The translations under genes were made by a program, and so were the position numbers. The notes below the pieces were generated by a model. That model was not told where the DNA came from, ran no database searches, and worked only from the letters and a program-made list of their open reading frames with translations. DNA of 39,936 nucleotides from Rotaria socialis (Eukaryota), in contig CAJNYD010000459.1 in the NCBI GenBank assembly GCA_905331295.1, positions 248,001-287,936 of the forward strand, read 5' to 3'. The first letter of the stretch is position 1; each line of letters opens with the position of its first letter. Positions 11,806-25,764 of this stretch are shown piece after piece.

Positions 11806-13927
11806 ATGAGTGAACCTTTATCGTTAGCATCCACTTCGAGTAGCAGCGGTACAAACAATCAGAATTCTCTTAAGATCATCGTACTTGGTGACAGTGCTGT
11901 TGGCAAATCAAAATTATTAGAACGCTTTCTTGTTAATGCTTAGTAAGTTATCTTCTCGCATTGAGATATTGCTCAATATGAATAAAATTCTTCTTTTTTT
12001 TTATCTATCTAGTGTCGGAGCACGATATTCAACATATGCTGTCAATATTTTTAAACATACTGCAAAAATAGATGGAAAACCAATCGAAGTTGAATTTTGG
12101 GATACAGGTATTGTATAAAAATAGGATGGTTTGACTTAAGCAAAAAACAAACTTCCGTTCTATTGTAGCTGGTCAAGAAAAATTTGACAATATTCATCAT
12201 TCATATTTTCATCAAGCACATGCTTGTATAATGGTATGATCTATTGTTATATTTTATTCAGAAATGTAATTTGTTGTCTTCAAAAAAATTCAATAGATCT
12301 TCGATGCTACTCGAAAGGTAACATACAAGAATCTAGATCGTTGGTACACTGAATTACGAGATATTCGTCCACATATTCCATGCTTGTGTGCTGTCAATAA
12401 AATTGACTCCGCGATGGAAGTAACGAAAAAATCATTCTCATTCCCAAAAAAGCACGATATGCCACTGTACTTTGTTTCGGCTGCTAATGGTACTAATGTA
12501 GTTCGACTTTTTCGGGATGCTATTCGTGTTGCACTTGCCTATCAATCGGGTGATTCTGAAGATTTTATTGATCAAATTTTACGTGAACTCGAAGTAAGTC
12601 AATAGGAAATCCACTAATGTTTCTTTGATTGCAAATTTATTTAACGTTGTATAAGATTTGTCATTGATAAGTTGCCTTTTTTCTTCTTGGCTGACTTCTT
12701 AATTATTTGTTTATCCCTTTATGATGCTTGTGCGTTGCTTTTTTTTGCTTGCGTGCAAACACAAGGTCAAATGGGACATTGGAAAAATTATATATTCAAT
12801 TCTTGGTTCACATTTCTTATGTTCAGGATCAACGAACATATGATAATATTTCACAAACAGTCGATCCATCATTGCATCATTATGAAAATCATAATATTGA
12901 TACCAGTTTTCTATCAGATACTAGTTCAAATGTCATCCTTAAATCATCGAAATCATCCACCAAATCGACATGTTTTGGTAATCGCCGAAATTTTTCAAAC
13001 TATTTTTTCAATCATAATCATGAACGTTATGAGAAAAAATATAAATTTTGGTTACACTTACTTCTAGCTGAAGAATGGAATTATTTTTATTTATTAAAAG
13101 ATAAATCTCAACCGTATGATGAACAAGAAAAACACATTAATCGTATAAACTCAACATCAAAATTATCATCGATTCTTATTATCTATTTAAATTCTTTTGT
13201 ACCATATAAATCATCATCTTCATTTAATCAAACACTATGTCTCAATCATTATGAACGTCTCTATTGTCTTTTTAATTCTCTCGTTGAAGCAATTATTTTT
13301 GATCATGAACGTAATCTATGTTTAAATATAATTCAACGAATAACTTATTTAATTAATAAAATGAAAGATCAACAGTATGAAAGTATATTTATACAATTTC
13401 CATCCTATACTCAACGTACACTTACTCTTTCAGCAATTGATAATTATAAAACTCTCAATATTATGTCAAAAGATAAACATTTGCTAATAACAAAAATACA
13501 ACTTCATTTAATATTAGGTATTAATATTCAACAAGATAAGCATTTACTTGTTGTATCAGTTGAACAACCGCAAGGTTCAAATGCAATTCATAATTTTCAT
13601 TTTGCTCATGCTGATAGATCTATTATTAATGAATGGTATAAATTATTAGACAAATATGCCAAGCAAGCGAAATGTGACTATATGAACAAATATCAAGAGT
13701 ATCGTATCTAGTCATTCGGATTATTATTTATTTCAAAACAAAAAAACTAATATTATTCTTATGCTTTTGTTGTTCTTATTTTTGTTATTGTTGTAGAAAA
13801 CAGAGAATCAATTAAATATTTTCTTTTTTTTACATTTAAAATTTGTTTTTCTATACGATTTAATTAAAATCAACTTTTTTTTTCATCTATTTAGGCAATG
13901 AATGATGATACACAAACAACTACATAG
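11806..13927 (+). CDS. RABL2: Rab-like protein 2 (RABL2) small GTPase; exons 11806-11942, 12013-12107, 12169-12233, 12297-12593 and probable short last exon 13895-13927 (208 aa)
   Basis: G1 GDSAVGKS, G3 WDTAGQE, G4 NKID, G5 SAA; RABL2-type motifs STYA, TYKNLDRWYTELRDIRPHIPC, LYFVSAANGTNVV, DFIDQILRELE; no C-terminal prenylation Cys. The last exon (AMNDDTQTTT*) follows a strong polypyrimidine acceptor at 13894 and is less certain than the first four. Confidence 0.92.
12827..13711 (+). CDS. 294-aa coding exon (helical region plus C-terminal PH-like domain) inside the last RABL2 intron: alternative terminal exon or nested gene
   Basis: Long stop-free frame in very AT-rich DNA; phase-0 acceptor tttcttatgttcag at 12826; C-terminus ...QRTLTLSAIDNYKTLNI...KIQLHLILGI...LLVVSVE...HNFHFAHADRSIINEWYKLLDKY resembles the PH-fold pattern of beta strands followed by a Trp-containing helix. 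Confidence 0.7.
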   Translation, partial: DQRTYDNISQTVDPSLHHYENHNIDTSFLSDTSSNVILKSSKSSTKSTCFGNRRNFSNYFFNHNHERYEKKYKFWLHLLLAEEWNYFYLLKDKSQPYDEQEKHINRINSTSKLSSILIIYLNSFVPYKSSSSFNQTLCLNHYERLYCLFNSLVEAIIFDHERNLCLNIIQRITYLINKMKDQQYESIFIQFPSYTQRTLTLSAIDNYKTLNIMSKDKHLLITKIQLHLILGINIQQDKHLLVVSVEQPQGSNAIHNFHFAHADRSIINEWYKLLDKYAKQAKCDYMNKYQEYRI

Positions 13928-14196
13928 AAGAAATTTTTCGAAAAGATAAATCAGTTATTCTGGCATGGCAACAATAGACAAGTTTTTCTGTCAGATGTAT
14001 CCTGTTTTGTCCGTCCGTTTACAGGCAGTAACTGAAATCAAATATTGATTTGCGCTTTTCTTTCATAATTTTTTCTTTTTTGAACACGTCTCATATAATT
14101 GTTAAGTAAACAAGCACACAAAATGTTTTCATTTTCTAATAATAATATTAATAATAAGTATCAGAAACAAACAAACAGAACAAAAAGCCACGCAGT

Positions 14197-15953
14197 TTAT
14201 GTTTCGAACGAGACCATATGACCATTGGTTAATCCAGTTGATACTACTGAAAGATCGGTATTTTCCATTGACTTCGTTGATACTTTTGAGGATGCTGATG
14301 TAACTAACAGTCTTTTTCTTTCTACTGTTGAATTATCAATATATTTTGCATTGAATGAAGGGTATGATGAAGTGCGGGTCCTAGTTATAGTAGTTGTTTG
14401 CAAGTTTGTTTGTTCTTTTGCATTTGCAGTTTGGGCTACTGAACAGTTGAATATTTCACGTAATTCCCGACGAAATAACGATGATGTAGCAGAGTAAAGG
14501 AAAAAATTACAACAACAATTTAAATATCGACATGTCTGTGTTAATGTAAATAGAGTTTGATTTGGGATTGTCAATTGACGTATTTGCATGTAAAACCAAT
14601 AGATTCTGCAGAGAATTAAAAGAAAAAAAAAGTATAAAATTTAAATATATTAACTTTTGTTTATCTTACTGAAATGGAAATGACATAACCATAAATGCAA
14701 TAGCAACCGCTATTAACATGAATGTTATATTTCGATCTGTATTTCTCTGACGTTGTCGGTTACGTGTTGATACTGTAGCTAATGTTTTCTCAGTATTGGT
14801 ACTACCTGATGTTGGTAATGTACGTTGTAGAGATGTATGATGACGTGTGTGTAAACGATAGACTATAAGAGTATTAAGTATACCAAGAAAAATGAATGGT
14901 ACTAAAAATTGAAACTAAATTAAAATAATAAACAAAATAACAAACATATCATTTACCGATATAGGTAAATATAACTGAAATTGTTCCAAATACTTTATAT
15001 ACAGTAAATAGTACTAGATTACATCGATCGCCGGATCCAGATTTTTTCGGACTATAATTTAATGTCCATGGAAACCATGAAAATGCAACCATTGATATTG
15101 ATGTATAGCTAATAACGGTGATTATTGTTGTTTTAAATGTAACATATTTTGCTTTATCAAATGGTTTCCATACTGAAAACCAACGTTCAACGGATATGAA
15201 TACAACTGAATAACCACTTAACGCAGCGAATAATAGATCAAAATAACCATGAAAATGGCTAAAATTAAATTAAATTAATATAATATAGATTAATTAAAAC
15301 TCATATTGTTTGAGTAATGTTCCTATTTTTGTTTTGTGTCAGACGAACTTAAAAACTATCTAGCAATTAAGATTATCATTATATTTTCTTCCTTCCGTAA
15401 TCTCATTGCGTGTTCTAACCCAACATCATTTTCATCTAGAGATTGCAGGTCAATTTTTTCTTTTTTTCTGTCACTACTACTTTAGAACATAATTCATTGA
15501 AAGGTAGTCTTTCTTTTTTTTTCCAATCTAATATTTCCATCTTCTTCTTCGTTGTCTATCAATCTCATTGAATTAAGAGTTCTCCATATTTTCTCGTTCT
15601 TCTATTAAATGTTGAAAAAAAACAAAGAAAAGAAAAGAAAATTTTTACCACCAAAATGCCGATCCATCTGACAACAATCCACCAAAAAAATCCGGCAATA
15701 TTATGTTAAATAATGAAGTGATCAACAAAAGAATATCACTAAGTGCGAGAACAATTGTGAATATAGACACACAAAATTTAATCATTTCACGTTGTGCAAA
15801 CACTAAGATCGATAAAAGATTTCCAATAATTCCAATTGCAACAGCACATGGCATTATAAAATGAATACATACATAAACAACCATATTGCTTCCATTGTTA
15901 CTACTATTACTATTATTCATAGTAGCACTATTGTTAATATTAATATTATCCAT
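14197..15953 (-). CDS. Rhodopsin-like (class A) GPCR, FMRFamide/sex-peptide-receptor-like peptide receptor group, about 415 aa; exons 15649-15953, 14957-15258, 14670-14901, 14197-14605
   Basis: N-terminal N-glycosylation sequons; TM1 GIIGNLLS; TM2 LALSD; WC before TM3; SVERW; ECL2 Cys; TM5 YIVPF; TM6 FMVMSFPF; TM7 NFFLY variant of NPxxY; helix 8 FRREL. Confidence 0.92.
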
Positions 15954-17290
15954 GATTATGATAACTTAGATAATCATAATTTCAATCTAAAATATAAGAA
16001 AAAGACGAATTCTAGTATTGTCGTCTTATTTATTCTTTTACTTTTATTAAAAATAATCTTTTAGGAGAGTACATTTTGAAGTAGGAGAAAAAACGTGGAA
16101 AATTTTCGTTGTTATTGAAGAATTTTCTCTTTTCTTTAATAAATATTCATTTTTCCATCGCCCTAGTAATAGTATAACTTTTGACAAGGCTGATTGACTT
16201 CTATTTTTTTTTGTTGTTCTGTACACTTAAACATCAGAAGAATGAGCCTCAATCCTATGCAATGAAAATTTCTACAGGCAAACTTATCTCATGGGAGTTA
16301 GTTAGAATAAAAAAAAAGAAATATATATAGATAGATATATTCCTTTCCCCCTTATTTCTATCTGTGTCGCTCTCTGTCTCTCTTTTTTTAGTATGCTAAA
16401 CTCAAGCAGAAATTCTATGCGAACGGTAAAGAGAACACGAAAATAGGCAAACACGTTAACCGTTATCAGAATAATATATTTTTACGCTAGAAAAGAAATG
16501 GAAACCTTTCATAATTGTGTAATGTGATTGAGTTGAATTAGTTTTGATAAACACAAACTTTGTGTCTTTTTGAACGGTTTCATTCGTCATTTCGGCTTGT
16601 TGTCTTTTGTTTAACAACAAACCGAATCTTAATTATACTATCTCTTTTTAGAATATTATTTTGAAGCAAGAGAATAGAATAGATGACATTGCATAGATAG
16701 AAATGTAAAATGTTCTATGGAATATATAAATATATATATTGTAATACAACAAAAAAGAAAAAAATGAATGACGCTCATTCTTCTCTATAGAATACAATAT
16801 GCTGTTTCAAACCAGTAATGCTCTAGTTTTTAATTATTGTTCAGTAAATATATTAAAAACAAAGAAAAAATGATAGAAAAAAATACGGGTTCATTTTTTT
16901 TTGGTGTCAATAAGTAATTGATTGTATATTCTTACTGAATTATATACTTCAAGCGCGCATATATTCATTTTATGCTAACTACAAATGTATGCCGTATTCG
17001 TAGATCAGCTAACACAATAAATATCTAATCGAAATAAATTACTCGCCGCCTATATTTGGCACATGAAAATATGTTGCAATACATTTTAGTGATTTGCTTT
17101 TATTCTGTCCTTTTTTCGCTCGTCTTTACACTTCTAACAGTCGATAATAATCTAATTTAGATGTTTTTAACCATTACTAGAAAAGTTTCGTCTTCTTTTT
17201 CTCACTTTCTCTCTCTCTCATTTTGTGCACAACTAGACCAGTTGCTTACTCATATTACGATTGGTGTAGGCTTATAAACTAGATAGAAAA

Positions 17291-17313
17291 GATAGATAGA
17301 TAGATAGACAGAC
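17291..17313 (+). repeat. Short (GATA)n/(GACA)n microsatellite
   Basis: gatagatagatagatagacagac. Confidence 0.6.
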
Positions 17314-20300
17314 GCAAGAAACATGTCTTGATCAATTTTGCATAATACTTTTCTATTTTATTGATTCCGCTAATAAAACATACGTCGAACAAACATATTT
17401 TTTCACATAAAATGCTGCTGTAGCGAACAATGTCGTCTCTAAGAATGAATGATAGATTTATGAGCTTTTATATTATTATCATTTCTTTTCTTTATATTTC
17501 TTCACATTTTCGTGCCACGAGTAGAAAAACAGAAAAACAAAAAAATATCAAAAAGGTCTTGTGTCTATGTATAACTTTTCTCATTAAATAATAATGAAGG
17601 GTATCTTATAACTTTCAAGCACTTTTTCATTACTTTTTAACATTTGTGCAGTATCTAAAGGTTTATCCTAATTAAATGCAGATGTCTAGGCAATGACATG
17701 TTAAAAACTATCCAAAAAACAGATAGCACACTTGATGTATATCAATAGCAGAAACATTTTTCATGCCTAAGCGCATATTAAAGGATTTATTTAAAAAAGA
17801 GAAAGAGTAATTAGATTTAATCCTGAATTTAAATCATTAATCATAGAATTTCCTAAGCAACATTCAGTAAGCTAACGAAGTAGTTTATAACTATTTTTAT
17901 AAAAGCAAATTGACACAAGAGTAAAGATAGATTCGATCTATTTATTAATCTATCTATCAGTATATGATCTTCGCACTATAGGAACAGATTGAATATGATT
18001 AATTTTTGGATGAGATTAAAAATATGACCTGATAAATATAAAAGTTCATCAGTTGTTTGTTCATAGAATATCATAACCTATTAGAAAAAAAACGAAGTGG
18101 AGTATAAACTTATGAAACATTATATTTCAGTAAACTTTAAACAAAACAAACAAGAATAATCTACATTTGATTTGCTTTGATTTTGAATCAATTTTTTGTT
18201 TGCTATCAACAAAAATATGTTTACTTTTTTTGATTTTTATTACATTAATAATAGAAATTATGACAAAAAAAAGGAATCTCTTGTATGCATTTTGACTTAT
18301 ACAAAAATAATTCCATCAATACAAAGGTTTTTAATATTCAGTTGAAACTTTTCGTCACATAATTGGAGTGTCAACTATGACAAAAGTGATTAGTGAGATG
18401 AACTATTCTTTGATTACAATTAATGAAAATATTTTCTTTTTCATTTTTTTAAGAGACAGATTAAAGACAAATTTCAATATTAGAGTTCATTATACTTCTT
18501 ATTTCAACAACAACGATTTTATATTTCATAGAAAATCATATTTTATTAACGATGATTGTTTCTATATAATAAGAAAATAAAAAATAAAGTTCCAACGTCG
18601 AGTTGAACAGCATTAAAAATGGGATCTTTCTATCACTTTCTATTAAGTCAACATTCATTATAAACAGGTTATTCTCAACAAAATATTAGAACAAGATTAG
18701 ACAAAAGCAGTGTTGTTTTTACACAAACAGAAATTGATGTTGATCAACTTCCGTATTTCTAGTTATTGTAGATTAAGTTCATGAATAAACACTGATTAAA
18801 TTTTCGTTTTATACTACCTATATAAAAGCACGATCTATTTAATATTTATAAATTACATTAATTTCTATTGAGCAACAAATACTGATACATTTCTGTAAAT
18901 CGATTTATTCCACTTGGCCAGATTAACTTGCCCCGTAGTGCAATGCTCAAAAGTAATTATTTAGCTATGATGCTTCATGTTAGTAGAGCGATTAGCAATA
19001 TTGGGAATAAATACACTCACAACTGACTATATAGAAATCCATTATTGGCTTGTGTATTGATGCTTGTCTAATTGCCTGACTATCTGTCTATCTTTTTTTT
19101 CTTTCAACTCTTGTTATTCAAGATTAGGCACAATAAGATTTCTATCCTTTAATCAGGCGATGTTACTGTTGGTCCAAAGGCTAGAAAGAAAATGAGACCC
19201 GGGAAGTCGTATTCGCGACAAGACACGTGCAGAGAAAGAGAAGGTGCACGCTTAAAATCATGTTTGCAGCTTCCTTTTGTTTTCTTTTTTTGCTGTGCTT
19301 TGTCGGATAAGGCGTGGTCTCGGTTTCGTTTGCCATCTCTATTAGGTTGAGTGTATAAAGTTAGAACATGCAGAGAATGCTCAAGAAACAAGCAACAGAG
19401 TGTAGAACACACCAGGGACGCGAATTGTGTTCAACTAATTAACGGGAACAAAGACAACATTAAAAACATCATCATTATCATTATCGATGTCATAAATTAA
19501 GCATAGTTTTGCTATTTTTTTCACTAACTCTTTTATTTTTTTTATCATCTCTCTTTCTTCTCGCATTTAAACATTTATTCTTCTAGGTTGTGTGTATGCA
19601 TCTGTATTTTATATTCGTACTGATTTGGATATGCTGCTTAACGCACTATTGATTACAGAATAAGTTCGTACTACCGACAGAATCATTGAAGTACAACCAA
19701 GTAGAAATAGAGAAAAGCCAATGAACGAGTAGACAATTTTTCATCTGCTTTTGTCAATAGTATGGATGCACTGTAAGTAACAAAAAGAATGAAGACCAGT
19801 GAGGAAAAAACAACTTACGCTAACACTATAATGTCATATATTGAACCCATCTATTATAACTGAACTCGAATAGAATAGATTTATCAATTGGCATATTTTT
19901 TCTTATTACTTTATGTTCTTTGAAATAGATAACAAAGTAAAACTAACTTCTTATTAAATAAAGAAAAGAAAAACAATAATAGATCGTAGAAATATGACAA
20001 AAAGAAATAATTAAGCGTCCCACAATCATACAATAATAACAACGCATACCGACGTTATTTCATTTATCTACGTAGTAGGATCTTGAAACTTTGTCTACAA
20101 GCAAATTTTTTTTTATCTATTATGCACACTGTGAAATGCAATTCTAGAACGAAGAAAAGTCTTTGAAATATTTTTTTCTTCTGTAATCATTCGACGCCGA
20201 TGTAGACTAAAATATATGTATTGTATATTTCTATCTCAAATCATCGCAATCGATTTTTACTATTTACAGAGACGAAAAGCATGTGTGATGGATATCGATC

Positions 20301-21900
20301 AAATATTTTTCTTTGTGAAAACAATAATAGTAACAACAACGAAATTAAAAAAAATGATCTATTAATGTTTTTTTTTTCTTTCAAAATGTGCATGTCAGAA
20401 ATTTTGCAAGGATAAGATAATTATGTCATACATCACTGTCAACACAACTTGTTAATCTAGCTCAAAGAATATTTATCACTTGTCTATACAGATATATACA
20501 TATTTAGAATTAGAATAATGATGATGAGCATTGAAACTCTTTTTAAATATAGTAAACAAGCAAAATTGTATATTAATAATATGAATAGAAAAATAACTTA
20601 CTTTTCGTCTTGTTTTATTGGACGTTCTGATTAAATATTAATGTTTGATTTCAGAAATAGTGAGAAAATGCAATGCCTTTGCGCAAGTGCTCTGTTCTGT
20701 TCTTTTGTCGGTCTGTTTTCTATTAGCCTAAATCATCTTGAACATATTTCATTATTTCCATATGATGTAAAACTTATAACTATCTAAGTATAACCAGAAA
20801 CTAATATTTTTCTAAAAGAAAAAAAATCATTTTCATCTCCAATCAAAAAATGTCTAACACTGTTTAGTCATAGGATAATATCGTAAGAACGTTGTTGGGG
20901 CAACTTCCTTTTTTTCTTTTCATTATAAGATTATTCTGTTTTTCTCTCTGTTTCTATATAGCTATTGATGATTTATTTCTCTTTTGTTAGCGTCTATGTG
21001 CTTCATTCTCTTCTTTTTCGACGATATCTACCTCTTTAACTAAAGAAGAAGAAAAAGAAGAAGAGTGTCCGGATATAGACAGGAAATCATTTAAACACGC
21101 TTGTGGATGTGGGTGTGTGTATGCTATTCAACAACACGCACACAATAATAGAGTTTTCTTTTTTTACTTTCTATACTGAATTCTAGCATTCGTCGTTTTT
21201 CTTTTGATTGATCTCTTACTCATTAATTTATTGTTCACTGCAGTTCTTTCCTTTCTTTTCTTTTTACGTATGACAGAATTTTGAATGTTTTCTTCATACG
21301 ATTGGACGATTGTTCACGATGGTGTAGCAAGTCAATAATTCACGATTACCAGCGTCGGTTTGTGCACGTTAGCAATTTTTTTAGATGCCTAGAAATTACA
21401 ACTTAAACGGAAAGGAAAAAGCACTTAAATACACCCGTACTGATAAGCTTCAACGATGTTCATAGATTTAAAAATATCGGAAAAATCTATTACTGACGGT
21501 AAAAAAGAATAAGGGGATCTTTATTTCTTGAAAGCAGACAATATTTTTAATAATACACTCTACGTATTCCACGTTGGATTGATCGTACCAAATAAATAAT
21601 ACTTTTTGAGAAAAAAAGGGAAAAAATATATACACTTAAAAAACAACGATAGTCTCCCATCAGAAAAGTCTACAGAGTACGATAACAAATAAATAAGTTG
21701 GCTTAATTTGATCAGTTCTTCAGTTTTTGAACTCGATAATCCGATAAAATTCGTAATAAAAACGTGCGATTAGTTCGAAATAACTTAATTGCGTAGTAAA
21801 AAGATGATCAACAGTTCTCCTGTGTACAATCAATTATGTTGTTTCTATTATATTCATTATTTAGATTTGATTGATGATCTTCTTTGAACTTATTAAATGT

Positions 21901-22022
21901 AAGGTGCAGCAAGGTTGGATAGAGCTCGATGAGTAGATCATGAATATCATCGAGCTCTTTCCAACCATGTAATAATAAATGGGATTTTCCCTCCTGCTCG
22001 ATTTTTGACTTTGGTGCACCTT
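21901..22022. mobile_element. Small MITE-like remnant with an internal hairpin
   Basis: Ends AAGGTGCAGCAA and TTGGTGCACCTT are inverted (11/12); internal arms 21913-21932 and 21947-21966 match 19/20. Confidence 0.5.
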
Positions 22023-25000
22023 TATCATTTGGAATATTCTATATACAATAAATGTCTTAAGAAATATTACTAATTCATTCTAAGGGTAATTAGTGAAAGA
22101 CTGATGATTCCCGAATGTGTTGAAAAAATTTTATCTGTTTTTTTTTAAACAGACGATAACGAAGAACTAGAAACCGATGGAACTTCAATTTTATATTTTT
22201 GACCATATTTTCATTGAGAAACGAAATGCATTCATACAATTGATGTGTACAACGATAGTTTTTTCCATTGAGGTTATTACAATATTTTCGTTTCTTGAAA
22301 AAAAGAAGTAGAACATTTATCAGGTTAAAAGGACATCACGTTTTATTCTATAGAATAAAGCGTGAGTTATCATAAATAAATAATATTGAAAAAGAAATAT
22401 ATAATACTATCATGTACGAAGAATGCAAATTTGAACAGGATATTTTTTAGCGTATATTAATATGCAATTTAATAGAGCATATTAAGGCACGCGTTGAATA
22501 TTTTGTAAGTGATCGCAAAATATTTTATGCCAATAAATGAGTACAAGATAGTAGGAAAATACTATGTAATTAGATTTTGACTTAATAGAGTTAAGATAGT
22601 TTTCCATGACACGGATGACTCGTAGATACTTCAAAGTATGTATCGCCAAACACTTTTGTAACTTAATCCAGTGTTTGTTTTTGTAACAAGCGATATGAAC
22701 AAATCTGTTATCTTATTAGCATCATCCCATGGGAAGTAACAAAGTATGTGCTGAGTTAGTTTCAAATTTTGTTTTCTTACTGAGAAATATGACATGATCG
22801 TGATTGCGCATATAAATAAAATAAAACGACGCATTTCATCCGTATACAATTATATTTAGAAAATTTTCTGATTTTAGTTAAATATCACAGAAATATGAAT
22901 ATAATACTCAGAATCAGCACGACAGCTTGGGCGTATTATATTACAATCAGAAAAACTAATTTATTATGAAAAATATGTCATGGCGGGAACACCCGCAAAA
23001 CTTAAGAAACAATTATTGAGAAAGACCACATGTAGTTATTTTTTCTGAAGAAACTTTTGCGCTGAAATATGATTGAACCGAAGTTATTTTCTTTGCATTA
23101 ATTTTCTACTAACATTGAACGTTGATAGAAGAATCTTCTAAATATGATTGCATATTGATAATTTTCTCTGTTCTTCACAAGTGCCATCAGGGAAATGTCA
23201 ATCTTCTCAGCCTCAAAAGAAAACCGAAAATAAACAGAAGAAATAATAATTTATAGCTCGACGTAAGATAATGTTAATAAAATAACAATTTTTTTTTTAT
23301 CAGTTGTCAGAAAATATCACCAAACAAACTTACAACAGTATTTAGCCAACTATACTTTGAAGTGTTGGGATATACTTACACTTCAAGAAACTATCTTAAT
23401 TCAATTAATTAAAATGCTAATTTAATAATAACTTTCTCCCCTTGTCTTTCATATTGTATCAGAATAAAATATGTTCCATTGTTTATATAATATTTTTACT
23501 GGGGCTCGACTCGCTCTATTAAGTCGAACACAAATAAATGATGAAAAGCAATCAATTGATATTTGTATTCTCCACATGTTATAAGATGAGGTTTTTTAGT
23601 ATTGCAAAAATTTATTTCTATTCTGCTTAAATAATATATATATATACAGTTCTATTTTCCATTTTCTCGTATCATGTGTTAAAAATGCATTTCTAATGGC
23701 ATGTGCGAGTCACTGTTCTTGTCTCTGTTCGTTTATATTATTGTTTGGCTAAAAGATCGCTCAATATTCTAGTATTTATATGTGCTCAGTGTATGATTCT
23801 TTTCTAATCAATAATATCTGATTGATCAGGCGCCAAACTTCTAATCTGGAAAAATCTTGCCGCTCTATCAAATCACTTCTGTTTTTTTTCTCTCATCAAA
23901 GCATACGGCAATGTTTTGAATAATCCAGTAGGATTATTTTGCTTTATTTTCGTTATTAGAGTATGGATCTGTCTTAGTTTTACCTATATGAATATTCCAT
24001 TCTTGAGGTTTTTACGACAATTCGAAGTATGAAAAAATCGACGGAGCAAAGATGCAAAGACAACAAAAAAAGAGAAACTTGAGTATCGACAAAAATAACT
24101 AGAAAGCAAACAAAAAGACATTCTTAGATATTTTAAGAAACTGTTCATTGCGTGCATTATACCAAGACAAAAGTGCTTTCTTAAAGTAGTTATTTACTTT
24201 TTTTTGTATAGCTTGTTAATCGTAAGAGGTTCATGGTGGAAACAAGCGAAGAAAAGTTAGACATAAACTAAATAGATTGATACGAAGAAGAAAAAAAATA
24301 TTATCCTTCATACTTAAAAACATTTTTCTCATTAGTTGATTCTGACAAGAAAACTAGGCCTTTGATTTGCTATCATGGAGTCCAAAAAATCGAAAATTTA
24401 TGTGTGCTTACTTGCCAATGCCATAATTACCATACAGTAGCTTTAGTTCAATTGGTCACATATTATCTATGATTCAGTTGATTATAGGATAATTTAGGAG
24501 CAAGTAACTCCGCAAAACTGAAAGACAAGTATTACACATCTAGATTTATATTGAATATGGAGTAATATTCTGGAACGAAAAATATAAAAAGCTTATAAGG
24601 CCATTGTGAGTGTAAGCGTGGGAACGACTGTAAATGAGCAGCCTGCCCACACTCTCGTATTGATTGGAGGATTAGACAAATATCTGATCGGTGACATAAA
24701 TGCTCGTTTCAAGCGGAAAAAATGGCGTTCAAGTAAAAAATGCTTAAAAACTAATCTTACGCTAAGCACACTAAACAAATAAACAGTAACAAAAAATATA
24801 CCATTCCTCCGGTCACGTCGCGCCACTGTAAAAATGAATCTGCAGCGGATAAATGAAAAAAACTCGATGAAAACAATGCTTTCGATAAATGAAATATCAT
24901 TTTTGTTTTAGAAGAAAAATTGGTTCATATGTAATCAAAATGAACATACATGTATTCGCGATAAGAGAAAAATGATTTTGCACGATACTAAGGATGTTGG

Positions 25001-25764
25001 GAAAATTTCCAGCCGGTTAGATTATAGTTGACTTTGGTTAAAACAATGATCGGTTAATTTGCATGAAGATGGGATGCCGAAAATCATTTACGATATAAGC
25101 AAAAGCTTTCACAGTTTTGTGGTGATGCGTGACGAATGTCAAAGAGCTGGTAAGAAGTTTGTTTTCAATGAATCGTTGGGAAAGAAGGAATGTGAAGAGT
25201 GAAAATGAAAATGAAAACTACTCATATTTGGTGTTTGTAAAGTTCTGTATAGCATGGAATATGTTGTATATGCACGGATATGTTTTCTGAACAGTGACGA
25301 CAAAAGTATTCGATATAGCTAAATGCAGTAGCTATATGAAAAAAGAAAATTGCTTCAAGCTTTCTATACGGAAATACAGTATTGACAACACTACTTTTGG
25401 ACTGTTCGTAGTACATCATAAAAAAATCGAATTGAATATCAATTGATTGCTTTTNATTGAATATAAAACAGTGGAAATTAATCAAGAGTTTCTTTGTATC
25501 AGGAAAGGAAGCGAAAAAATAGTCTTTGTTTCTCCAACCATGTAATGCAAACCGACATCAAACTTGACACAAATAAATGTCAGACATACATGATGAAAGT
25601 AGAGCCTCACAAGAAAATAAAACAAGGCTCATCGTGTATAAGCGTTCTTCTAACAATTATCGAAATGTGTATTATTAGGGGTAGCAATAAAAAGTTATTG
25701 CTACCCTTAAATTTCCATAGGAGTAGCAATTGATGCTCCTCGCATAGCTGGCGCGCCGCCTTAG

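Noticed and set aside
12672..13067. 131-aa ORF overlapping the nested exon in another frame
   Set aside because: Non-ATG start and low-information composition; an alternative-frame shadow.
24595..24830. Possible transposon fragment with CACAATGG/TACAGTGG-like motifs on the minus strand
   Set aside because: The motifs are in direct, not inverted, orientation and boundaries cannot be defined.
25455..25455. Single N base
   Set aside because: Assembly ambiguity, not biological.
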